A DNA stretch of 64,000 bases from Minisyncoccia bacterium (GTDB lineage Bacteria; Patescibacteriota; Minisyncoccia; Phycocordibacterales; UBA9973). The notes below the pieces were generated by a model that saw nothing but the letters and a program-made list of their open reading frames with translations, was not told the origin of the DNA and ran no database searches. The translations under genes were made by a program, and so were the position numbers. This document shows, piece after piece, positions 57,424 through 64,000 of the stretch. The stretch is from contig JBDHUP010000001.1 in NCBI GenBank assembly GCA_039809245.1, forward strand, positions 30,934 through 94,933, given 5' to 3'. Every line of letters starts with the position of its first letter. The first letter of the stretch is position 1.

Positions 57424-58818
57424 TTAATTCACAGTTATTGTTACATCATCAGAGTTTGTATCACCATAATCATCTGTGACAGTTAATCTAAAGACGTAAG
57501 TTCCTGGAGTAATATCATCTACATCCGTTATATCCGATGTTGGATCGACGATTGTCGCTGGTCCACCTGATACCTTAGTCCATAAAAAAGAATCAATATA
57601 CCCATCACTATCGGTTCCGTTACCATTTAAAGTCAAATATCCTTCTGGTAAAGTAATAGTTTGATCTGGGCCTGCATCCGCTACTGGAGGGTTATTTGTA
57701 GTTACATTTTCTACTGTGACCGTAATCGTATCAGTCCCAGTTGCTCCTTGATTATCGGTTACTGTAAATTTGAATACATAAGTCCCTGCGGACAAATTAT
57801 CCACATCTGTAGTATCAGAAGATGGGTTGGATATTGTAGCAGATCCACCTGAGATTTTTGTCCAATTATAAGAAACTATACTTCCGTCTGAATCATTTCC
57901 ATAACCACTCAGAGTAACAAAATTATCAGGCATAGTTATCGTTTCATCTGGACCTGCGTCTGCATAAGGAGGATTGTTAGATTGAGGTGATGATTCATCG
58001 TTTACAATTACACTAACATCATCATAAGATGTATCGTTTTTATTATCAACAACTGTCAGTCTAAATACATATGAACCTAATACTAAATTATTTATTTCTG
58101 TACTAGAAGAATTAGGTGAAACTATATTTGCAGATCCACCTGAAATTTTTGTCCAATTATAAGAAACTATACTTCCATCAGAGTCGCTTCCTGAACCAAG
58201 TAGAGTAACTGATGACGTCGGAAGGGTTACATATTTATCAGGCCCGGCACTTGCAAAAGGTGGGATATTATTTATTCCTTGTTGTGAAGTACTTGTTGTA
58301 GTTTTTAGGGTAGAAGCAGAAGTAGATTTATTTGAAGCTATTTTGGTTTTTGTAGTTTTAGTTGTAGCTGGGAAACCGCTTGCTGTTACATATAATTCAT
58401 CGGCCGATTTATATCCTTCTGAATCTGTTACGACCAGACGAAATATATATATTCCATTTTGAAGGTTTTTAACAACAGTAGTACTTGAATCTGGCGAAAC
58501 AATGGTGGCCTTACCACCAGAGAGTTTGAACCACATATAATTAACCCACCCTCCATCCTTTGTCGTAGCCGACCCTTTTAGAGTAAAAGAGTTGGTCGGA
58601 TATTTAACCACAATATCAGGACCAGCATCTACTTTAATATTACTTAATGAATCGTTGATAACTAGACTGTCTTCGATATCAGAAGTTTGTTTATCTAAAA
58701 AAGGTATCTTTCCTAGACCTGGATGTGTTTCTCTGAGGTAAAAGATACTACCAACAAATATAATTGCTGTAAAAAATACAAGGATGAAAGTTGATATAGA
58801 TCCTTTATTTAATTTCAT
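57424..58818 (-). CDS. Membrane-anchored protein with four PKD-like domains
   Basis: 4x AGPD....P.....L.G...D.DG....Y.W.K.SGG.A.I..P....T....L..G.YVF..TVTD, with a Thr/Ser linker. Confidence 0.88.
   Translation of the reverse strand: MKLNKGSISTFILVFFTAIIFVGSIFYLRETHPGLGKIPFLDKQTSDIEDSLVINDSLSNIKVDAGPDIVVKYPTNSFTLKGSATTKDGGWVNYMWFKLSGGKATIVSPDSSTTVVKNLQNGIYIFRLVVTDSEGYKSADELYVTASGFPATTKTTKTKIASNKSTSASTLKTTTSTSQQGINNIPPFASAGPDKYVTLPTSSVTLLGSGSDSDGSIVSYNWTKISGGSANIVSPNSSSTEINNLVLGSYVFRLTVVDNKNDTSYDDVSVIVNDESSPQSNNPPYADAGPDETITMPDNFVTLSGYGNDSDGSIVSYNWTKISGGSATISNPSSDTTDVDNLSAGTYVFKFTVTDNQGATGTDTITVTVENVTTNNPPVADAGPDQTITLPEGYLTLNGNGTDSDGYIDSFLWTKVSGGPATIVDPTSDITDVDDITPGTYVFRLTVTDDYGDTNSDDVTITVN
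57839..58176. repeat. 47-bp direct repeat (1 mismatch) 291 bp apart in PKD domains
   Basis: GCAGATCCACCTGA(G/A)ATTTTTGTCCAATTATAAGAAACTATACTTCC at 57839 and 58130. Confidence 0.9.
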
Positions 58819-58843
58819 AAATTTAATATATTTATTATACCAT

Positions 58844-59278
58844 TTATATTTTACCTTGTTCAGTTAAAACTCTCTTTATATGAAAACGCATACTAAGGAT
58901 ACGCCCGAGCATAGCCCCTTCAACAAAACTAATAGTAAAAGCAGATAATACTGCTCCTTTAAGCCAGTGCTCAAATATAAAATGACGAGATACTGAAAAT
59001 GCTATATATAGGACAAGCACTACTATTCCGATCCGATCAAGGCGACCTATGACCTTTCGATCTTCTACATGCCATTCTATCGAAAACATCCTGCCTGCAA
59101 TAAAGCCTATAGCTAGCCCAAACAGCACTCCAAATATAAGTGTTAATACTTTTATATGACTTATATAGACTTCATAAATTAAAATTCCAGACATAACTAC
59201 TAAAATAATGACAAGGATTTTTAACCTCCTTATCAGCTTACTATCTATATGATCTTTTATGTTTAATTCTTCGCCCAT
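58844..59278 (-). CDS. Hypothetical 4-TM membrane protein
   Basis: Hydrophobic; G...GRMF.I.W....V...LD..G, G.MLGR. Confidence 0.7.
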   Translation of the reverse strand: MGEELNIKDHIDSKLIRRLKILVIILVVMSGILIYEVYISHIKVLTLIFGVLFGLAIGFIAGRMFSIEWHVEDRKVIGRLDRIGIVVLVLYIAFSVSRHFIFEHWLKGAVLSAFTISFVEGAMLGRILSMRFHIKRVLTEQGKI

Positions 59279-59281
59279 TTA

Positions 59282-59716
59282 TTATAAACTTTTATGATTG
59301 CTCTCTGCTTTTTTTTCTAATATTTCTAACTTTTTTGAGATTACAAATAATTCTTCTTTAATATCAGATATAGAATTAACTTCATTCTTCAGGTCAGCTT
59401 CCGTACGTTCATTAAGCTTCTTTTCACCACGAAGGCCAGAGAGTATTAACTCATTACCAATAAAGCTAGAAGTGAACGCTCCCGTTAGATAAAGCATTAG
59501 ACATCCGACAATAAACGACAGTGGTCCATCCCACCAAGGAGTATCCATGATACTCATAGAAGACCCTGCTGAGAAAAACTCTATAGTTGAGTGGATCTGG
59601 TCAGCACTATGCCAAACTCCACGCCAAAACAAAACAATCCCTATCCCTACTATCAAAGCATACAATAGCGGGTGATGGCTTAAGTAAATCTGAATTTTTC
59701 TTTGCAATTTTTTCAT
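59282..59716 (-). CDS. Hypothetical membrane protein
   Basis: LYALI.G.GIVLFWRGVW..AD, SFIG.ELI.SGL..EKK, coiled-coil tail. Confidence 0.7.
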   Translation of the reverse strand: MKKLQRKIQIYLSHHPLLYALIVGIGIVLFWRGVWHSADQIHSTIEFFSAGSSMSIMDTPWWDGPLSFIVGCLMLYLTGAFTSSFIGNELILSGLRGEKKLNERTEADLKNEVNSISDIKEELFVISKKLEILEKKAESNHKSL

Positions 59717-59727
59717 ATGAAATTGAA

Positions 59728-60489
59728 TTATTGATTAGGATACCAATCAAGAAGTGTAACTAAGATATTGGGATCGCTAACATTAATTAAAATTTTAAAT
59801 TTCTCTATATCACTGAGTCCATCCTGTCCTTTGTAGTGATATGGAATAACTTCCTTTGGCTTGAATGCTAGAACTGCGTCGGCCGCTTCATCTACACCCA
59901 TAGTATAAGGAAGATTCATAGGTATAAGAGCTATATCTATGTTCTTCAGCGCTCTCATTTCTATTGTTCCTGATGTATCTCCTGCTACGTATACTCGGTG
60001 GCCATACTTCTCCACCACATAGCCATTCCCTCGCCCTTTTGGATGGAAAGCATCTTTCGACTCAGGAAGATTATACATTGGGATAGCTGTTATTGTGAAT
60101 CCTTTTTCTTCTACTACTTCATCATTCTTTAAAACTTTCGCCTTTGAGGCAAGCTCCTCCGGCAACTTATCCATAACAGCTTGTGGAACTATCAGAGTTG
60201 TATTTCTACTAGTAACTGTCGATAGAGTAGGTACATCGAAATGGTCCCCATGTATATCAGTAATGAGTATAATGTCTGCTTTTGGTTGACCTTCAAATGC
60301 TTTGACCTCGCCTACTGGATCAGTATATATAGCCATATCACCGAACTTTATAACTGCGGTGGCATGTGAAATAGGCACTACTTGTGGTGTATTTTTTAAT
60401 TCCATGGAAGTTTTATTATTTTTATTAAAAGCTAGATAAGTACCTAGCACTATTATAATAAGTAAGACGAACACAAATATGTTTCTCAT
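59728..60489 (-). CDS. MBL-fold metallo-hydrolase (membrane-anchored)
   Basis: HA, YTDP, ITDIHGDH, H.KGRGNGY, YVAGDT, NLPYTM, PYHY. Confidence 0.88.
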   Translation of the reverse strand: MRNIFVFVLLIIIVLGTYLAFNKNNKTSMELKNTPQVVPISHATAVIKFGDMAIYTDPVGEVKAFEGQPKADIILITDIHGDHFDVPTLSTVTSRNTTLIVPQAVMDKLPEELASKAKVLKNDEVVEEKGFTITAIPMYNLPESKDAFHPKGRGNGYVVEKYGHRVYVAGDTSGTIEMRALKNIDIALIPMNLPYTMGVDEAADAVLAFKPKEVIPYHYKGQDGLSDIEKFKILINVSDPNILVTLLDWYPNQ

Positions 60490-60524
60490 ACATTTATTAT
60501 AGCATTTTTATTATTTTATAAACT

Positions 60525-60905
60525 CTATTGAATTACTTGTTCAGTGGAATTTATTTTGTGGAATGAATAGTAAGAAATACCTAGTATAACAATAGCTATA
60601 ACTGGGAATAATAAGAATGATGAAAATCCAAACACTACCCACATACTTATAAGAGCGGCGATGAAATCAAATGTGAATCCTGCGTAGGCCCACTCTTTAA
60701 CTTTTGCAGGAATCTGCGGAAGAATTAGAGCGAGGGATCCGAGAACTTTAGCAACCACAATCATTGTCACGAAGTAATGCGGATAACCTAGAGGTATTAT
60801 TCCAGTCTCGGCTGTCCCATTAAAATAGGCAACCATCTCCATGATTCCCTGAGTTATAAATATTAAAGAAGTCGCAACCCAGAACATTATTTTGTATTTT
60901 TTCAT
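60525..60905 (-). CDS. DoxX-like (DoxX_2) membrane protein
   Basis: LGYP.YF......KVLG, KEWAYAGF.F. Confidence 0.85.
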   Translation of the reverse strand: MKKYKIMFWVATSLIFITQGIMEMVAYFNGTAETGIIPLGYPHYFVTMIVVAKVLGSLALILPQIPAKVKEWAYAGFTFDFIAALISMWVVFGFSSFLLFPVIAIVILGISYYSFHKINSTEQVIQ

Positions 60906-60947
60906 ATTCGATATTATATCATTCAGTTTAATATCTTAAAAATGTAT

Positions 60948-61334
60948 CTATATAGCCACTTTTACTGTTTTATAATATTCTCGAAGTGAGCTGAATTTAT
61001 CACCCTCTACTGTAAAGATAATCGTACCGATTACGTTGTAATTCATATTATTCTTAACATTCACAAACTTCGCATCCCATTCAACTATAACTACACCTTC
61101 ATCAGTCCAGACATTTAGGACTTTAAAATGGATATCTTTCTGTTCCTCTACAACCTTACTCACCCAGTAAGAACGTATCGCTTCGCGACCGATATTCTTC
61201 TCCTCATGAGGATCATCGTAAGTAGCATCTTCAGTGAAGATAGTACAGATAAGATCAGGATCTTGCTTCTCCCATGCTTCACCATATATATCTATAAGTT
61301 TTAGTGCTTGTTCTTTGGTCATAAGGTTATTCAA
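60948..61334 (-). CDS. SnoaL/NTF2-like domain protein
   Basis: Y..AWE..D......FT.DA.Y, GR.AIR.YW, VEW, LREY. True start may be ATG 61322. Confidence 0.82.
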   Translation of the reverse strand: MNNLMTKEQALKLIDIYGEAWEKQDPDLICTIFTEDATYDDPHEEKNIGREAIRSYWVSKVVEEQKDIHFKVLNVWTDEGVVIVEWDAKFVNVKNNMNYNVIGTIIFTVEGDKFSSLREYYKTVKVAI

Positions 61335-61341
61335 TAAAACA

Positions 61342-61644
61342 TTAATTATCAGTGTCTTTATTTAATTTATCTTCAGTATTTGAAATGTTATGACTTTGGA
61401 TATGACTACCAAGATCGCCATTTATATTTAACTCTGAAGGAGCTTTTACTTCTCTAGGCCAGCTTTCTTTAACAGAAGTCCTATCTTGCTGACCCATCTC
61501 TTCAGCAAATTCTGCATCGCTCAATAACACATAATTCCCACTTCCAGGCATTTTCCTTAAAGTACGACGTGCCCCATTCTTATCGAAATGCTCAGGCTGC
61601 AATTCCCTTCTACTATTAAACCTTGCGTCAAATGATTCTTTCAT
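61342..61644 (-). CDS. Hypothetical protein
   Basis: 100-aa ORF with TGTTATAAT 6 nt before ATG. Confidence 0.6.
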   Translation of the reverse strand: MKESFDARFNSRRELQPEHFDKNGARRTLRKMPGSGNYVLLSDAEFAEEMGQQDRTSVKESWPREVKAPSELNINGDLGSHIQSHNISNTEDKLNKDTDN

Positions 61645-61737
61645 TAGTTTATTATAACATTTTTATTAATATTGACATTAGTTTGTTTTGTTATAGTATG
61701 AGCATGAAACATATACATAAACTTAAAACATAGACTC

Positions 61738-62169
61738 ATGAACAATCCACTCAGTTACACCTTACTGTGCGTTATAGTTTGGTGCCTTTGGCCATCTTTA
61801 GCAAAGATGTCTAAGTTACAACCAGCAACGATAACTTTCTTTATTTGTGTATTCACAGCTTTGACAGCCGTAATGTTCCTGCTTTTTAAAAACCAGATTA
61901 ATTTAACCGGAGAAGGAGTTACAACAAAGGGAGTAGTTATTATCATAATCGCCGCAGTTTTAAACGGCATTGGAATGATAACTTATAGTTCCCTGCTTTC
62001 ATCAGGTTCTGGTTTTGATATTTCAAAATACGTTGTAATGATTTCATGCCTCATGCCTGTTGGTACTATTATATTTGCCAGCATACTGCTCGGTGAACAT
62101 ATAAGTATCAAAAAGATTGTGAGTATTATGATAATCGTAGGAGGAGTATATATGCTCCAGAAAAGTTAG
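61738..62169 (+). CDS. EamA/DMT small multi-pass transporter (single repeat)
   Basis: 5 TM; P......A..LLGE.IS.KK......I..GV; TTGACA-16-TAGTAT upstream. Confidence 0.78.
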   Translation: MNNPLSYTLLCVIVWCLWPSLAKMSKLQPATITFFICVFTALTAVMFLLFKNQINLTGEGVTTKGVVIIIIAAVLNGIGMITYSSLLSSGSGFDISKYVVMISCLMPVGTIIFASILLGEHISIKKIVSIMIIVGGVYMLQKS

Positions 62170-62190
62170 GTGAGCTGTAAATAGATATTT

Positions 62191-62225
62191 AAAAGGGTTG
62201 CTAATAAATTAGCAACCCTTTTTTT
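62191..62225. terminator. Bidirectional intrinsic terminator
   Basis: AAAAGGGTTGCTAAT-AA-ATTAGCAACCCTTTTTTT between convergent genes. Confidence 0.85.
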
Positions 62226-62232
62226 ATTTGTC

Positions 62233-62934
62233 TTAAAGCTCCACGGCAATTTTTACCATATCTTTAAAACTTCTTTCTCTTTTAGATGCACTCAAGTGAT
62301 CACCTGTAACCAGGTTATCACTGATTGTTAGAATAGTTAGTGCATTGATTTCGTTTTTTGCTGCCAGTGTGTACAATTCGGCAGTTTCCATTTCAATAGC
62401 CAGTACACCGTATTCTTTAAAAACTTTCCAGGTATGAGGTTCAACATCTTCATAGAACTTATCTACGGAAATGATGTTGCCTACAGTTACATCTACTTTC
62501 ATTTTTGATGCAACCTTATCAGCTTTTTTCAAAAGACCCCAATTTGCTATCGGTGCAAAATTCATCCCATGGAACCGGCGATCATTCATCCCGGAATCTG
62601 TACAGGCCCCAGCTGCAATAATTATGCTATTACAAGGAAGCCTTTCAGAAAGTGACCCTGCACTTCCAACCCGGATAATATTTTTTACACCATAATCTTT
62701 AATAAGTTCATTGGTATATATACCTAGTGATGGCATACCCATACCTGAACCCTGTACGGAAATCCTTTTTCCATTTGGGGCTATACCAGTGAACCCCAGC
62801 ATATTCCTTACAGAGTTATACTGAACAACCTTTTTTAAAAATTTTTTAGCTATCCATTGTGCCCTTAGAGGGTCTCCTGGAAGTAATACTGTTTCGGCAA
62901 TTTGGCCAGGTGTGGCCTCAATGTGAATACTCAT
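62233..62934 (-). CDS. deoD: Purine-nucleoside phosphorylase (DeoD type)
   Basis: HIEA, VLLPGDPLRA, VRNMLGFTG, GMGMPS, IIRVGSAG, EMETA, TISD. Confidence 0.95.
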   Translation of the reverse strand: MSIHIEATPGQIAETVLLPGDPLRAQWIAKKFLKKVVQYNSVRNMLGFTGIAPNGKRISVQGSGMGMPSLGIYTNELIKDYGVKNIIRVGSAGSLSERLPCNSIIIAAGACTDSGMNDRRFHGMNFAPIANWGLLKKADKVASKMKVDVTVGNIISVDKFYEDVEPHTWKVFKEYGVLAIEMETAELYTLAAKNEINALTILTISDNLVTGDHLSASKRERSFKDMVKIAVEL

Positions 62935-62968
62935 AATGTTTGATTTTAATGGTTATGAAATTTAATCC

Positions 62969-63042
62969 ACAATACTTTTTATTACACGCTCTGTCAATAG
63001 GTTATTTTTGGTAATTGACAAAATCTCAAAAAAGCGTAGATT
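62969..63042. promoter_or_regulatory. Back-to-back sigma70 promoters for deoD and cdd
   Basis: Minus: TTGACA (62997-62992)-17-TATTGT. Plus: TTGACA (63015)-16-TAGATT. Confidence 0.6.
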
Positions 63043-63083
63043 AAACTTAAATTTCTATTACAATCACCTAAAAATAACTCAGT

Positions 63084-63536
63084 ATGGAAAGTATTAATTA
63101 TCATGACCTGAACCCAATTCAAAGGGGCTTACTTTTTGCCGCAGCCGAAGTTATGGAAAAAGCTTACAACCCTTATTCTAAATTTTCTGTCGGCGCAGCA
63201 ATAAGAACAAAAAGCGGTGACATCATTTTAGGGGCAAACGTTGAGAACGCTTCCTATGGATGCACTATCTGCGCAGAAAGAAGTGCTTTAGTTAGCGCCA
63301 ATGCTTTAGGGCATAAAGAATATGAAAGTATTGCTGTTATCGCCAAGCCAGAAAAAGGAGTAACAGAAGAAATCACCGGTCCTTGCGGAATTTGTCGCCA
63401 GATGATATTAGAAGCGGCTCATGTTTCTAATATTGATATTGAAATTATTATGTCGACAACCGACATGAAGAGAATTATCATCGCAAAAATAAGCGAGTTG
63501 CTTCCCTTTAGTTTTGGGCCAAATAATTTAAAGTAA
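63084..63536 (+). CDS. cdd: Cytidine deaminase (homotetrameric type)
   Basis: AY.PYS.F.VGAA, G.NVENASYG.TICAERSA, PCGICRQ, ELLP.SF. Confidence 0.95.
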   Translation: MESINYHDLNPIQRGLLFAAAEVMEKAYNPYSKFSVGAAIRTKSGDIILGANVENASYGCTICAERSALVSANALGHKEYESIAVIAKPEKGVTEEITGPCGICRQMILEAAHVSNIDIEIIMSTTDMKRIIIAKISELLPFSFGPNNLK

Positions 63537-63565
63537 GGCGAATATCGCTTTTAAAATCCATTGAA

Positions 63566-64000
63566 CTATTTTTGCTCAATGGATTTTTTATTATGTTCAC
63601 TAAGTTTCTCTTCTACGAACCTTATTATTCTACCCGTACTTTCATCTACTATTTCTTCTTTATAATAATTATTTTCTCTATCAACTATACGTATTTTCAC
63701 AACTCCTCTAGGAGATAAGTCTTTCCTTTTGCTAGGGAACCATCCATTAATAGATTCAAAAATAAACCTTCTAACTCCTATTCTATTCTTTCTTATTTTA
63801 ATACTATCTTTAATCGACAATGTTTCGTGAATAGTAATCCCATTTGAACCATGACCACAAGAAAACTTATATTTATAACCATTTTCGCTTTCTTCAGCAA
63901 AAACTATTTCAAGATTACTTTTACAAGTTTTGCATTTACCAGATGCTGTGCTTTCCAAAAAATCTTTATAAGCATAATCTCTTATTTCTATATCTTGAAT
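63566..64000 (-). CDS. Partial hypothetical protein with CxxC...C-G-H (possible zinc ribbon)
   Basis: Frame stays open to the window end (..IQDIEIRDYAYKDFLESTASGKCKTC..FSCGH), so the true start lies outside the window. Confidence 0.6.
   Translation of the reverse strand: MQDIEIRDYAYKDFLESTASGKCKTCKSNLEIVFAEESENGYKYKFSCGHGSNGITIHETLSIKDSIKIRKNRIGVRRFIFESINGWFPSKRKDLSPRGVVKIRIVDRENNYYKEEIVDESTGRIIRFVEEKLSEHNKKSIEQK

Noticed and set aside
52295-61644. Integron cassette array
   Set aside because: No attC-like GTTRRRY/RYYYAAC palindromes recognised, no integron integrase, and many genes have their own promoters
1-64000. Many 60-180 aa antisense or alternate-frame ORFs (e.g. 5688..6239, 10693..10932, 39305..39670, 46749..47153)
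   Set aside because: They lie within well-supported genes and show no motifs; shadow ORFs
1-64000. CRISPR array, rRNA, tmRNA, RNase P RNA or IS transposase
   Set aside because: No regularly spaced repeats or recognisable motifs seen by eye, and intergenic gaps are mostly too short
1-64000. Alternative genetic code (TGA = Gly/Trp)
   Set aside because: Conserved genes are full length under code 11, and TGA ends ORFs at 7237 and 17338

Overview
AT-rich, gene-dense bacterial chromosome segment in standard code 11 (TGA is used as stop). The gene content points to Patescibacteria/CPR, probably Parcubacteria (inference): short IF-2, alpha2-type GlyRS, short MetRS, secG next to an orphan peptide-binding protein, truncated RecO and many N-terminally anchored proteins. 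1-4.1 kb: iscS, infB-rbfA, tRNA-Cys and tRNA-Leu. 4.1-7.2 kb: decayed island at tRNA-Leu with a truncated serine recombinase that overlaps the tRNA, an XRE-HTH remnant and a GIY-YIG nuclease plus LRR pair resembling a toxin tip and its immunity gene. 7.2-10.7 kb: 1140-aa beta-helix/Ig/PKD/SPRY surface protein. 10.8-34.4 kb: housekeeping genes (rnj, rpsF-ssb-rpsR, tatD, metG, glyS, recO, ileS, argS). 34.4-43.3 kb: thymidylate and nucleotide-sanitising cluster. 43-61 kb: envelope and accessory genes including an ECF sigma locus. 62-64 kb: deoD and cdd. Best leads: (1) the ileS locus, with a T-box that has an ultrashort Stem I (AUC specifier) and an intrinsic terminator, upstream of an IleRS2 carrying a GIHH signature and an inserted histidine-phosphatase domain; (2) a candidate ECF regulon marked by a TGCACC-N16/17-CGTATATAT motif in front of DUF5666-like proteins; (3) pervasive -10 boxes 6-8 nt before start codons, suggesting leaderless mRNAs; (4) the toxin-immunity island. 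All family assignments come from motif recognition by eye; no searches were run.
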